Part shown: piece by piece, positions 24,263-37,149 of the stretch
Layout of the letters: the number at the start of each line of letters is the position of its first letter
Position numbering within the stretch: the first letter of the stretch is position 1
Assembly: GCA_030390025.1 (NCBI GenBank)
Contig: JASTWF010000070.1
Coordinates: 1,302,001-1,366,000, forward strand
DNA length: 64,000 bases
Source: Squalus acanthias
Taxonomy: Eukaryota
Direction: 5' to 3'
Notes under the pieces: generated by a model
The model's input: the letters and a program-made list of their open reading frames with translations, nothing else
What the model was told of the DNA's origin: nothing
The model's database searches: none
Made by a program: the position numbers and the translations under genes

Positions 24263-25176
24263 CTTTAATATCAATGCAGCCTAAATCCCGAGGCAGTGAC
24301 TGAGCTGCCCAGTCGTCCTGAGCCTTACTTTTGAACCGCATATATTTGCTCTATAAATGTGCATTGTAAATCGGCGGTAGAGATACATTGAGCGCATCTG
24401 GACTGAACGATCAAAGGGCTGGAATCACAGACATAATGCTGGGGTTTGAAAACCTGTTTTATAAAAGATTTTATTACTGATGCATTGTAAAGATTATTTG
24501 AATTATATCGCGCTCACATACAAAGACGCGAAATGAATCTAAAAACGCCAATACAGGAAAAGAGAAACATGTCGAGATTGAACCGAAACTGCAGGCGATG
24601 TGTCATCTTAAGAATAGCAGACGATGCGTAAGAGAGAATTTAAATATGTTTAGAATTTCCGCTTTGGGACGAGATTTCCAATTTGCAAAATGCGCTTGAA
24701 ATTGCGTCGTTTCTGTTCGGCGTTAAGACTCTCCAGTAGGCGATACGTCGGTTCTGCATTGGTCAGTCTGTCTTCCGAGTGAGGATTAATTATTGATAAT
24801 TATGCATCAAGTCGGTAAGAGAACGTGAGATCGCCGCAGTGAGACGTCAATGAAGATAGCAATTGAACACTTTAGCTTCACGCCAGTGCTTCCAATAGTC
24901 GAATTTCTGCGGTGCTTTGGGACTTGAACCCGGCGTATCAAAGTCTCTCGGAAGGGTTTACACCTCAGGGCTCTACTGCGCCGGTTGGACTTCTGAATGA
25001 GATTGACAATTTCCTGTCAATGGACCCCAAAAGCACGTGGAAGCGGCACACAATTGAGGAACAGGAGGCTTGAATTGTTACTGAGCAGCGTGTCTTACTG
25101 ATCCCACAATGAGAGCAAAGCAGAGGGAACTTTCCACAACACGTCATATCCGGCAGGCGCTCGCTTTCCTTTCCCG

Positions 25177-25221
25177 TCAGAGGGTCGGGACCGCATTAAA
25201 CGCCAGGTGGGCGAAAAGAGT
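25177..25221 (-). CDS. Gene B terminal exon (TLFAHLAFNAVPTL*)
   Basis: Strong acceptor TTTTCTCTCATAG; phase 0 matches the upstream 59-nt exon; possible AATAAA at 24475-24470. Confidence 0.6.
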   Translation of the reverse strand, partial: TLFAHLAFNAVPTL

Positions 25222-25952
25222 CTATGAGAGAAAACAGAAACCATTATAATGGCCCACATCATCATCATAGGAACAGAAGGACAGGAGGAGGCTGTTCAGC
25301 CCCTAGAGCCTGTTCGGCCATTCAATGAGATCCTGCCTGATCTGTATCTTAACTCCATCTACCCGCCTTGGTTGCCTAACACTTAACACCCTTACCCAAC
25401 AAGAATCGATCAAAAATCTCTCAGTTTTGGAATTTCCAATTGACCCCCAGCCTCGACAGATTTTTGGGTAGAGAGTTCCAGATTTCCACTACCCTTTGTG
25501 CGAAGAAGTGCTTCCTGACATCACCCCTGAATGGCCTGGCTCTAATTTTAAGATGCATGCCCCCTTGTTCTGGACTCCCCCCAACAGAGGAAATAGTTTC
25601 TCTCTATCTACACCATCGAATCTTTAATCATCTTAAACACCACAATTAGATCAACCCTTAATATTCTGTAACCGAGGGAATACAAGCCCGAGTCTGGGCA
25701 ACATGTCCACATAATTTAACCATTTTAGCCCCGGGTATCACTCTGTTGAACCACCATTCTGCAATTTAAAATATCCAGATCTATATTTTTTATCTACGTC
25801 CGCAGTTTTACATTAAAGGAAATCAATGCTATCCTGTAGTGCTCACTATGCAAAGTTTTATAGACTCATTAACTATGAATCTTAAACATTAGGTTAAAAT
25901 CAGTGCAAGGTATCGATGTATGTTGAGCAAAAACAATTCTTTTCAGATCTAC

Positions 25953-26011
25953 CGCCTTGTCTTGTGCACGTGGTCTCGAATCGGTCAATTTCTGATCGCT
26001 GTTCGTGTTGC
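25953..26011 (-). CDS. Gene B cytoplasmic exon 1 (GNTNSDQKLTDSRPRAQDKA)
   Basis: Acceptor TCTTTATATCAG, donor GCG/GTAGAT, phase 1 to 0; 143 nt after the TM exon (140 nt in gene C). Confidence 0.6.
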
Positions 26012-26154
26012 CTGATATAAAGAGAATCTTAAGCTCAGTCTAAATGCACACATTTCACACTGAACGGGCCCACTAACATGTAATGAGTCAATGACACAAT
26101 AAATGGATTGATTGGGAGCACCGTGGAGTTGGAGCGCCTCCCGACAACCGCTAC

Positions 26155-26271
26155 CTGACCGCCGGTTCCTGCAGCTCCTTCCCGCGGCGACAATAACCAT
26201 CAGCAGAAGGAGAAGCGCCGCCGCCGAAGTCCCGCAAAGCAGTAATCTGCAGTTGGTTTGTAGCGGGGACA
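26155..26271 (-). CDS. Gene B transmembrane exon (VSPLQTNCRLLLCGTSAAALLLLLMVIVAAGRSCRNRRS)
   Basis: TTTCTTCAG acceptor, G/GTAGCG donor, 117 nt, phase 1-1; paralogous to 35132-35248. Confidence 0.85.
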
Positions 26272-28645
26272 CTGAAGAAAGAAAAAAAACAACCTTTTAT
26301 TAAAAAATAACCCGTAACCCGAGCCTTCTGGTTCTCGCAGAAGATTCAAGGAGGCCCAACACCACCTTCTCAACCACTAGGGATGGACAATCAATGCCAG
26401 ACATACCAGCGTCGCCTACATCACGAGAACCAATTAAAAATGTTGCTGAAAATCATTNNNNNNNNNNNNNNNNNNNNNNNNNNNNNNNNNNNNNNNNNNN
26501 NNNNNNNNNNNNNNNNNNNNNNNNNNNNNNNNNNNNNNNNNNNNNNNNNNNNNNNNNNNNNNNNNNNNNNNNNNNNNNNNNNNNNNNNNNNNNNNNNNNN
26601 NNNNNNNNNNNNNNGCGAAGGGTGGGGCACAGAATGAAACTATGAGGCCCTCCATGTTTGTGCCGGCTCTTTGGTAGATGGATCCAAAACTAATCCCATT
26701 ACCCGGCTCTCCCTCCATATTCCTGTATCAATCCAAAACAAACTCCAAAGCCCACTCTGTCCCCTGGAATGCACCACTTCCAACCCTTCGCCAATCCGAG
26801 GAATACTCATTTACCCTATCTCCTTCTTTCTTGTCTGTCATCTAACTTTCCATCCATGCTGCCACATCTCTTTCACACCATACGTCTATATTGTTTCCCA
26901 ACAGCCCTCTTGTGCGACATCTTATGAAACGCCTTCTGGAAATCCATACACCTTACATCCACTGCAATCCCTTTAACTATCCAATCGGTCACTTCTACAA
27001 AAGCTCTATTAAATGTGTTAAACACGACACCACTTTCACAAATCGGTGCTGATTGTCATTAACTAGACCAGCCATTTAGAAATGCTCACCAATTTCAGTT
27101 CAAATTTCGGATTCTAAGCGTTTGTCCGCAACACATCTGGTCTATGGGAGCCCAAGTGACACCTTTCTCCTCTCTTAGATGAAACGTTAGATAGAAACCG
27201 TTTGGGTAGGAAGAATAAGGAGGCCACATACTCCTTGGAAAATAAGTGTCTAAACGGAGTAGAGGAGCAGTGGAATCTGGAGGTACAGATACCAAAATCA
27301 CTAAAAGTAGTGACGCAGGTTAATAAGGTCATAAAAAAGCAAACCAAGAACTGGGGTTCATCTCTAGAGGGATAGAATTGAAAAGCAGAGAAGTTGTGTT
27401 AAATTTCTGTAGAGCCTTGGTTGGAGCAGACCTGGAATACTGTGAACATTTCTGGGCTTCAAGTTATAAAGAGGATATAGAGACACTGGAGAAGATACAA
27501 AAAGATTTACAAGGATGATACCAGAATTGAGACGTTATGCCTATCAGGAAAGATTGAACAGGCTGGGATCTTTTCTCTACAAAAGTGAAGACTGTGAGGT
27601 GACCTGATAGAGGACTTTAGATTATGAAAAGGTTTACATAGGATTACATAGGATATACGGCACAGAAACAGGCCATTCGGCCCAACAAGTCCATGCCGGC
27701 GTTTATGCTCCACTCGAGCCTCCTCCCGTATTTCCTCATCTAAATCGATCAGCGTAACGCTCTATTCCCTTCTCACTCATATGCTTGTCCAGCCTCCCCT
27801 TTAAACGCATCTATACTATTCGATTCAACCACCCCCTGTGGTAGCGAGTTCCATATTCTCACCACTCTTTGGGAAAATAAGTTTCTCCTGAATTCTCCTG
27901 AATTCCCTGCTGAATTTCTTGGTGACTATTTTATATTGATGTCCTCTAGTTATGCTCTTCTCCACAAGTGGAAACATTCTCTCTCTATCTACTCTATCAA
28001 AACCTTTGACAGGGTAGACTTGGAGAAGGTGTTTCCACTTGTGGGGGTTGAGGGACCAAATAGTCACTATTAAAGCCAATTGGGAATTCAGGAGAAACTT
28101 CTTTACCCAGAGAGTGGTGAGAATGTGGAACTCGCTACCACAGGGAGTGTCTGAATCGAATAGTATAGATGCATTTAAGGGGATGTTAGATAAACACATG
28201 AGGGAGAAACGAATAGATGGATATTGATGGGTTTATAATGAAGTGTGATGGGAGGGGACTCGTGAGGAGCATAAACACCGGCACGGACCTGTTGGGCCGA
28301 ATGGCCTGTCTCTGTGCTGTACATACTGTGTAATACAGATACCTACATACAGGCATCGAGAGAGAAAGTGATAAACTAGAAATTGCTGTTATATTTTCCA
28401 ATTTTACCCATGGACAGCTCAGACAGCTACCTTCTCTCCCCCCATATACGTATGGCCGAGCTAGACAGATGGACTTTATAATTCAGATAGCTCAACACTG
28501 CAACATTGAGAGAGGTAAATGATTGGGCAATTCTACATGGACACGCAGAAAGGGAGAGACTTTGAATGTATAAAGTGATATTGCTAACAATTAACTGTTA
28601 CATCAGCATGGAAGATATTAGTGAAGGGTCACTGCCACTAATTAC

Positions 28646-28948
28646 CTCTCTGAGATGAGACACTTTCACTGATCAGATCCCCAGTGGAGTCGATTGGAAC
28701 GGCGCAAGTACAGACAGCGCCGCATCTCCAAATTACCGCCGAGACGCTCTTGTGACTCATGACAGTGTAGGTCCCGTCCGGGTCTATTGCCCCGGAATCG
28801 CTCCGTCCCTCGGTAACCTGTCCGGAAACATTCCAGCGAATGTGAAGGGAATCGGGAGACAGGCTTTTCACCAAACACATCAATGGGACCCTTTCCAGCG
28901 AGGGAATTTCATCCGGCGGCGGAGCGAAGAGAAAGATTTCAGGAGACC
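28646..28948 (-). CDS. Gene B C1-set Ig exon
   Basis: SPEIFLFAPP...LMCLV...RW...DGTYTVMSH...W...VCTC; 303 nt, phase 1-1; 92-nt V-C intron. Confidence 0.9.
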
Positions 28949-29040
28949 CTGGCGAGTTTGGGAGGTTAAGATACCATTACTATTCGACATAAATTCGTCG
29001 TTATTTTTGATGAAATGAGTAAAACAATCGCAATTCTTAC

Positions 29041-30492
29041 CTGCAATGAGCAATGTCGAGCCGATTCCGAATATCAAGGGCATTTCGCTAGATTTCTTAG
29101 CTGCGCAGTAATACACCCCCGAATCATTTCTCTGGACATCTTTCACAATCAGAGAGTAAATACTGGATTCATAGAAACATAGAAACATAGGAAATAGGTA
29201 CAGGAGTAGACCATTCGGTCCTTCGAGCCTGCACCGCCATTCAATGCGTTCATGGCTGAACATGCTACCTCAGTACCCCATTCCTGCTTTCTCGCCATAC
29301 CCCTTGATCCCCCTAGTTGTGAGTGTTATATCTAACTCCCTTTTGAATATATTTAGCGAACTGGCCTCAACGACCTTCTGTGGAAGAGAATTCCATAGAT
29401 TCACCACTCTCTGGGTGAAGAAGTTCCTCCTCAGCTCAGTCTTAAATGGCTTCCCCTTAATCCTTAGACTGTGACCCCTGGTTCTAGTTTTCCCTAACAT
29501 TGGGAATATTCTGCCCGCATCTAATTTGTCTAAACCAGTCAGGATTTTAAATGTCTCTATAAGATCCCCCCTCATTCTTCTGAACTCCAGAGGATACAAG
29601 TTCAGTTGACCCAATCCTTCTTGATATGTCAGTCCGGCCATCCCAGGAAACAATCTAGTGAACCTTCGCTGCACTCCCTCAATAGCAAGAATGTCCTTCC
29701 TTAAGTTAGGAGACCAAAACTGCGCACAATACTCCAGGTGTGGCCTCACCAAGGCCCTGTACAACTGCAGCATCACCTCCCTACTCCTGTACTCAAATCC
29801 CCTTACTATGAAGGCCATCATTCCGTTTGCTTTCTTGACTGCCTGCTGCACTTGCATTCACACCTTCATTGACTGATGTACCATGACGCCCAGGTCTCGT
29901 TGCACCTCCCCTTTCCCTAATCTGCCACCACTCAGGTAATAGTCCGCCTCTCTATTTTTACCACCAAAGTGGATAACCTCACATTTATCCACATTGTACT
30001 TCATCTGCCATACATTTGCCCATTCACCCAACCTGTCCAAGTCACTCTGTAGCCTCCTAGCATCCTCCTCATTGTTCACACTGCCTCCCAATTTAGTGTC
30101 ATCCGCAAATTTGGAGATATTACATTTAATCCCTTCGTCCAAATCATTAATATATAATGTAAACAGCTGGGGTCCCAGCACCGAACCCTGCGGTACCCCG
30201 CTGGTCACTGCCTGCCATTCTGTAAAGTACCCATTTACTCCTACTCTTTGTTTCCTGTGTGCCAACCAGTTCTCAATCCATTCGTCGTTAACTTGTCCGG
30301 CAAATCTTCCTTCAGGAAGCATGTACTTCCACACGGTGTAAACCAGCTGTAGATGCTCTCGGTGCTGCCGCTTATACCAGTGCACAGCTTCTACTGCTAA
30401 CCAACCCGTGTGACAATCCACCTTAAAGATACTTCCAACGGAGACAGTCTGAACCGGAGGATTCTGGCGGAGAACTTCCTGACAGACAAAAA
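29041..30492 (-). pseudogene. Gene B VJ exon interrupted by a CR1 insertion
   Basis: 5' part ...VDCHTG...HWYK...GQVNDE (30492-30280) and 3' part SSIYSL...DSGVYYCAAKKSSEMPLIFGIGSTLLIA (29170-29041) rejoin in frame once the LINE and one GAAT copy are removed. Confidence 0.92.
29171..30279 (-). mobile_element. Young 5'-truncated CR1 LINE (1109 bp) with a 4-bp target-site duplication
   Basis: ATTC at 29167-29170 and 30280-30283; (TTTCTATG)n tail; near-identical to 48028-49130. Confidence 0.95.
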
Positions 30493-31127
30493 CTGAGGGA
30501 AGAACGTATTCACAAGAGGGTCTGTTACACGGCAGAAATAAACACCGCTTCCTAAAAAGAAACGGGTACAGCAGTAAACTGTGAATAGAACCATCCGATC
30601 ATTAATGATCATGGATCCTAATATCTAAACGAGTCAAATGACGGGGGTTAAAATTGAACCAATAACAGGAGAAAGAATGAAAGGAAGCAGGGAAGGAAGA
30701 AAGAAAGAAAGACAAAAAGAAAGATGCTTTACAGCCAATGAAGTATTGTTTGAAGTGTAGTCACAGTTGTAATGTAGGAAACGCAGCAGCCAAATTGCGC
30801 ACAGCCAGCTCCCACAAACAGCAATATGATAATGACCAGACCATCTGTGATGTTGATTGAGGGATATAATATTGGCCCCAGGATACCGGGCAGATCTCCC
30901 CAGCTCTCCTTCCAATAGTGGCCGTGGGATCTTTTACCTCCACCTGAGAGGGCAGACGATAGATGGAGAATATTGACATTTGGTCTAATTTCATTCGCCT
31001 GAGATAATCCAGTCCATCAACATGACACGAATATTAGAGAATACAGCGCGAAATCTTCTACAAGGCTGACTAGCTCAATGATATAGCGCCGGAATTCCGC
31101 CATGTATTAGAAGCACATAAGACTGAC

Positions 31128-31170
31128 CTGGAAAGAGATGGAACAGCGCGCAGGGAGTTAAGAAGCTCAT
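31128..31170 (-). CDS. Gene B leader exon (MSFLTPCALFHLFP)
   Basis: 43 nt, phase 1, donor G/GTCAGT; paralogous to 38418-38460. Confidence 0.85.
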
Positions 31171-31337
31171 AGTCGGCGACCGAGGCGCTTGATGTGAGCT
31201 GCACGCTGAACACTTTGCTGGGATATCTTTGCGCTGGGCCCGGCTCACAAGAGATGTGAAAGGCACAGCTCCGGAAATTGCGTGCTTGCGTTTTAAAAAT
31301 AGCGGGCCTGGAAAATACAGCGCAATGTCAAGGCTCG

Positions 31338-31353
31338 CTGCGGGTTTCCTGTT
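31338..31353. promoter_or_regulatory. Conserved RUNX-like/ETS-like block upstream of gene B (copies at 12695-12710 and 38639-38654)
   Basis: CTGYGGKTTTCCTGTT lies 170-180 nt upstream of the start codon in three paralogous promoters. Confidence 0.5.
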
Positions 31354-33324
31354 GACACATTGAACGCCGACGCACAGGTTTGCCTGCAAAGGGCAATGCA
31401 TTCCAGCTCGTGTTAAACAGGCGTGAAAGGCGGCGAGCAGTGCAGGCTGATAAACTGTGAACTGAAGGCAGGCAGTGCTGAATTACACACACCGGACTGG
31501 TTGTGTCATTCGTGTGGGCGCGAGGACATGATCCTATTTCGAATGTTGCTTTTTATTGGTCCAGAACCCATTCATTCATACACCCTTACTTGTATCAACA
31601 AAAATAGACCAGATTGAAGAAAGGTGCAATCATCTGCTTTTTTACCAGCCGCGGCTCAGTGGGCAGCACTCTCGCCTCCGGGTCAGAAGGTCGTGGGTTC
31701 AGAGTCCCACTCCAGAGACTTGAGCACAATATTTATACCTCAGTCAACTTCAATAAAAGAGATGTCCTGATCATTATCACATTGCTATTTGTGGGAGCTT
31801 GCTGTGCAAAAAATGGCCGGCGTATTCACTGCATTACAACAGTGACGACATTTCAAAAGTACCTCATTGGCTAAAAAGCGCTTTGGGACCTCCTGAGGTG
31901 GTGAAAGGCGCTATAGAAATGCAAGTTCTTCTTTACCTCTTTCCCCAGGTTTTGCTCTGGCGTGTTATTAACCAAACGTCGCCGCCGGGTGAGCATCATT
32001 TATGGGCACTGAGTGCGATTTTGGCCGCGCTCCTGTTCTTATTTACACGCTCAGCCTCCTGGTTCCTGGATTCTGCGCCCCTCTCATCGCCGCTGCACCA
32101 TGAGGCGCAATTCACATCTCGATTGCATTCAATGTCCCATGAAAGAATTAAAAAAAAGATGGATTTAAGAAACGTCCCGATCTGCACATTCCCGAGGTTA
32201 CCTGGATAATTCCGGAAATTAAGAAATGTGGATTGTAGACTGCTTTTTTGGGCTGGAAAGTTCCAGAGTTCCACCACCATTTGTGTTAAGAAGTGCTTCC
32301 TGACATCACCCCTGAACGGCCTGGCTCTAAATTTACTTTGTTACCCCCTTGTTCTGGACTCCCCCCCACCAGAGAAAATATTTGCTCTCTCCCCACCCTA
32401 TCAACTCCTTGAAGCATCTGAAACTCATCAATTAAATCAACCCTTAATCTTCGATATTGAAGTAGATTCAAGTCTGGTCTATGTAAACTGTCCTCACAAT
32501 TTAAACTTTTTAGATCCTGTATAATTATCTGGTTAATTCTCATATGAGCTGAAGTTGGAGGCCTGGTCGCATTGTACACTGGAAATTGCTCCACCTCTGA
32601 GTTGCAAGTATATTTCCCTTCTGTAACTAAACAGAACTATCTGTGCGTTGGATAACATTTACCAAAATATATTTTACAACATTTCCATTGCTACAACAAG
32701 TAAAGGAAGACGTGCATTTATATAGCACCGCACAGGACCTCGGGGCTCCCGAAGCGCTTTACAACCAATGAAGTACTTTTGAAGTGTAGTCACTGTTGCA
32801 ATGTAGGGAGACGCGGCCGCCAATTTACGCACAGCAAGATCCCACAAACAAACACTTCAGCAAAAAGTGCTTCATTGGCAGTAAAGCGCTTTGGGACGTC
32901 CTGATGTCGTGAAAGGCGCTGCAGAAATGCAATTCTCTCTTCTAACAGTTAAGCAGAACATGAATCTTTCGATAATTGTCCCTTTAGCAACTGTTATTAT
33001 CTTTTTTTTTAATCCGGTTCTCTGCTGTGGTGTCTCCCGATATGATAAAGAACACATTCTAAATCTGCATGAGATTATAAAGAAAAGATAATTGCTTTAT
33101 TAAAACGGTAATAAAGTTGTTTAAAAATCATTAAGCATATCTGCAGACAGAGTACAATCACACTGGGAGCTAATGGATAATTACCGCCCAGTAATTTGAA
33201 TAGTCACTGAACACAGGCTGTTATTGATGATGCGGTGATTCTCATGACGATGTGTAATCCGCACCAAACGCCAGGCGCGCTTACAGAATCTGTGAGGGAG
33301 CAATATGAGAATACAATTCACAGA

Positions 33325-34160
33325 ATCATAGAATCATAGAATGGTTACAGCACGGAAGAAGGCCATTCAGCCAGGCGAACCCGTGCCGACTCTCAGCTAG
33401 TCCCACTCCCCCGCCCTTTCACCGTAGCCCTGCAATTCTTTTTTCGTCAGATACTTATCCAACTCCCCTTTGAAAGATAAGATTGAGTCTGCCTCCACCA
33501 CCCTCTCAGGCAGCGCATTCCAGATCCGAACCACTCGCTGCGTAAAAAAGTTTATTCTTACGTCGCCTTTGGTTCTTTTGCCAATCACCTTAAATCTGTG
33601 TCCTCTGATTCTCGACCCTTCCGCCAATGGGATCAGTTTCTCTCTATCTACTCTGTCTGTATCCCTCATGATTTTGAGCACCTCTATCAAATCTCCTCTC
33701 AACCTTCTCTGCTCCAAGGAGAACAACCCCAGCTTCTCCAGTCCATCCACCTAACTGAAGTCCTTCATTCCTGGAACCATTAATTTCCACACTTTTGTAC
33801 TCTATACCTCTATTTATGAAGCCCAGGAGCCTTTTTAACTGCTTTCTCAACACGCCCTGCCACCTTCAACGATTTGTGCACATTTACCCCAAGGTTTCTC
33901 TGTTCCTGCACCCACTTTAGGATTGTACCCTTAGTTTATATGTCCTCTCCTCATTCTTTCTACCAAAATCTTTCATTGCGCACTTTTCTGCGTTAAATTT
34001 AATCTGCCACGTGTCCGCCCATTCCACCAGCCTGTTTATGTCCTCTTGAAGTCTATCACTCTCCTCCTCACTGTTCACTATACTTCCAAGTTTTGTATCA
34101 TTTGCAAATTTGGAAATTGTGCCTTGTACACCCACTTCCAAGTCATTAATATATGTCTTC
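33325..34160 (-). mobile_element. CR1 LINE 3' fragment
   Basis: SKFANDTKLG, RGDLIE and an (ATTCTATG)n tail. Confidence 0.9.
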
Positions 34161-34962
34161 ACCCTCCTGCTCAACTTTATTCTGAGTCAGTATAAGTTTG
34201 AATCAAAATGGGAACAACAGGTCTCCCGCCTGAGTGTCTTTAGATCAATTTAAGAACAGGAAACACGAATTTAAGAAAAGTTTATGCAGTTCCCCTTTTG
34301 AATATAATTTCAATTTTACTGATTACAGTGTAAGAATTAATTCAGAAAGATCAGTAATGGGCACCACCCTCCCTATCTCTCTAACCTCCTCCAGCCCTAC
34401 AACTATCCGAGATCTCCGCGCTCCTCCAGTTCTGGCCTCTTGCGCATCGACCGATTTTAATCACTCCACTATTGGCGGCCGTGCCTTTAGCTGCCTGGGC
34501 CCTAAGCTCTAAAATTCCCTCTCGGCCTCTCTCTCCTCCTTTAAGACGCTCCTTAAAACCGACGTCTTAGACCAAGCTTTTAGTAACCAGTCCTAATATC
34601 TCCTTATGTGGCTCGCTGTCATATATTCTCTAATTAACGCTCCTGTGAATCGCCTTGGGACATTAAAGGCGCTGTATAGATACAAGTTGTTCTAAGCAAT
34701 TCATTGCATGCGAATCGCTTTGGGTCGTTTCCGAGAGAGGCACAACGCGCTGTATTAATGCGAATCTCTCCTTAAAGTAACCACCAACGGACATGTCCAT
34801 GAATATCAATGAAACGCCTGATACCAGTATAGAATCTTACAGCACAGAAGGGGGGCATTCGGCCCGTCCTGCCTGTGCCGGCTCGGTGAAAGCGCTACCC
34901 AATTAGTCCCACTCCTCCCGCTCTCTAATGAAAATAACATCACTGAGATTCTTCACACCTAC

Positions 34963-34991
34963 CTCGTTTTCTGGGTTCTTGATTCTTTAAT
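34963..34991 (-). pseudogene. Gene C cytoplasmic exon 1 with an in-frame stop (D*RIKNPENE)
   Basis: TTCCAG acceptor, GAG/GTAGGT donor, position equivalent to the gene B exon, similar to gene A EERVKRP. Confidence 0.5.
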
Positions 34992-35131
34992 CTGGAACTT
35001 GGTCAGTTGTGACTAGACTCTCTGATTTAAGGAGATGATTAGAGATAAATATGCAAACTTACACACCAAAAGGACCCTTTCAGAAAAACGGCAAAAGACT
35101 CAACTTAGGTTTAGCTTCGTACAGGCAGTAC

Positions 35132-35248
35132 CTGTTTTGCGGGTCTCGCAGCGCCGTCTCGCCGCGACAATGACCATCCTCAGCACAAGAAGGGCCGCCG
35201 CCATACGGGCGTAAAACGCGATGCGGCAGGTCGTGCTCCGGAGGGACA
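35132..35248 (-). pseudogene. Gene C transmembrane exon (VSLRSTTCRIAFYARMAAALLVLRMVIVAARRRCETRKT)
   Basis: 117 nt, phase 1-1; paralog of the gene B TM exon. Confidence 0.82.
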
Positions 35249-36389
35249 CTGAACAACAAAGAATTAACTCTAATGAAATGAATGAAACACAAACTAATAA
35301 CTTACCTTCAGTGACATTCTGAAACCTCGCCTACTGGGATTTGAAGACGTTTTTCCCAGAATCGTTAAACACAAGATGATGTCCTGTTCCCGATATCACT
35401 GCAAGTTGCTCCTGTTGTTGAGATCTCTGCGCTCCTCCAATTCTGGCCTCTTGCACATCCCCCGATTTCCATTTTCCCTCCATTGGCGGCCGTGCCTTCA
35501 GCTGCCTGGGCCCCGAGCTCTGGATATTCCCTCCCTAAACCTCTCCGCCTCTCTCTCCTCCTTCAAGACGCTTCTTAAAAACTCCCTCTTTGTCCCAGCT
35601 TTTGGTCACCTGTCCTAATATCTCCTTATGTGGCTCGGTGATAAATTGTGTCTGATAATCGCTCCTGTGAAGCGCCTTGGGACGTTTTACTACGTTAAAT
35701 GCGCTGTATAAATGCAGGTTCTTGTTGTTGAATTATGTGTAGGCTTAAAGGTTGTTAAGTGCTCACTCGCATATTTATCCATTTTTAAAATGTGCACTTA
35801 CTTTAGTGCTAGACTTTATGTAGAATTTAGACAGAGACATGGAGGGGGCACAAAAGGGATACAGCAAGTTGATATTAGGGGTGAAAGACCTTAATTAGGA
35901 AGAGACGCGGTTGGGGATACTGTTAGAACAGAGAAGGTTAAGAGGAAATCTAATAGAGGTGTTCAGTTTTACCAGGGATTTGGTAAAGTGGATAAGGAAA
36001 GACATTTTCACTGGTCCGTGAGTCGGCAAGAGCATAAATGTAAGATCATTACAAAAAGGAATGAAGCTGTTAGCAGTCGTTAATGCAGTCGGTTGGTGGG
36101 TCAGAGAAGGTGATATTAGGAATAGTCGTGGGAGCAATTTTGAAGAAGGATGTCATTTAATCTTTGAAAAAGAAAAAAAAAGTATGAAGAATGGGTAGGG
36201 CAATGGGACGAAGAGGAACCACCTTCAGAGAGAGGGTACAGGGCGATGGGTGAAAGGGAAAAATAGGCTAAGCGATTGAGATTAAGGGGCGAACTCTTCC
36301 AGACAGCAATCACAGGCACGATGCGTCGAATGACCCTCCTCCTGTACTGGAAAAGTCTGAATCTGGATAGGGGCATGTCGTCAAAACCT

Positions 36390-36895
36390 AAGGTAGGATA
36401 TACTTGCCAGAGAGGAAGAGCAACGAAGGTTCACCAGACTGGTTCCTTGGATTGTCCTATGAGGAGAGATTGAGTGGACTAGGCCTATATTCTCTCGAGT
36501 TTAGATGAATGAGAGGTGATTTCATTGAAACATACAAAATTCTTACAGGATAGAAGCAGGGAGGATGTTTCCCCTGGCTGGGGAGTCTAGAACCAGGGGT
36601 CACAGTCTCAGAATAAGGAGTCGGCCATTTATGACTGAGATGAGGAGAAATTTCTTCACTCAGAGGGTGATGAAGCGTTGGAATTTTCTGCACCAGAGGG
36701 CTGTGGAGGCTCAGTCGTTGAGTATATTCAAGACAGAGATCGATAGATTTTTGGATATTAAGGGAATCAATGGACATGGGGATAGTGCAGGAAAGTGGAG
36801 ATGAGGTAGAAGATCAGCCATGATCTTATTAAATGGCGGAGCAGGCTCGAATGACCAAATGCCTTACTCCTGCTCCTATTTCTTATGTTCTTATG
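36390..36895 (+). mobile_element. CR1 LINE 3' fragment in a gene C intron
   Basis: ESRTRGHSLRI and FFTQRV; TTCTTATG tail. Confidence 0.9.
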
Positions 36896-37149
36896 AAGCA
36901 GGTGAGCTGTGCAGCGACTGATGGCGAGATAGTCAGGCAAGAAACATGGAGAAATAAATGCAGCAAATGGCCAGCAAAGGAAAAGAGATGTTAAAGTTTC
37001 CGTTAGAGCGCTCTAGTCTGGAGTTGCTTGCAACATTGGCAAATTTGTAAAATGTTACTGAAGAGGGACAAAGTGTAGTTTAGGATATAAAGCAACAGTT
37101 CTGATGCAGCAGTTTAACACTATCATTAACTCGTCTCAACTCCAGTTAC

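Noticed and set aside
25196-25221. Alternative gene B ending DSFRPPGV* by direct TM-to-last-exon splicing
   Set aside because: A well-formed 59-nt exon at 25953-26011 gives the phase-0 reading; kept only as a possible minor isoform.
31996-32140. Possible gene C terminal exon with VNCASW (a decayed VxYxxL?)
   Set aside because: No canonical AG after the pyrimidine tract, and two changes are needed to make the motif; too speculative to annotate.
35306-35318. Micro-exon candidate before the gene C TM exon (strong GTAAGT donor)
   Set aside because: Available acceptors give 13, 25 or 28 nt; none preserves phase, and I saw no counterpart in gene B.
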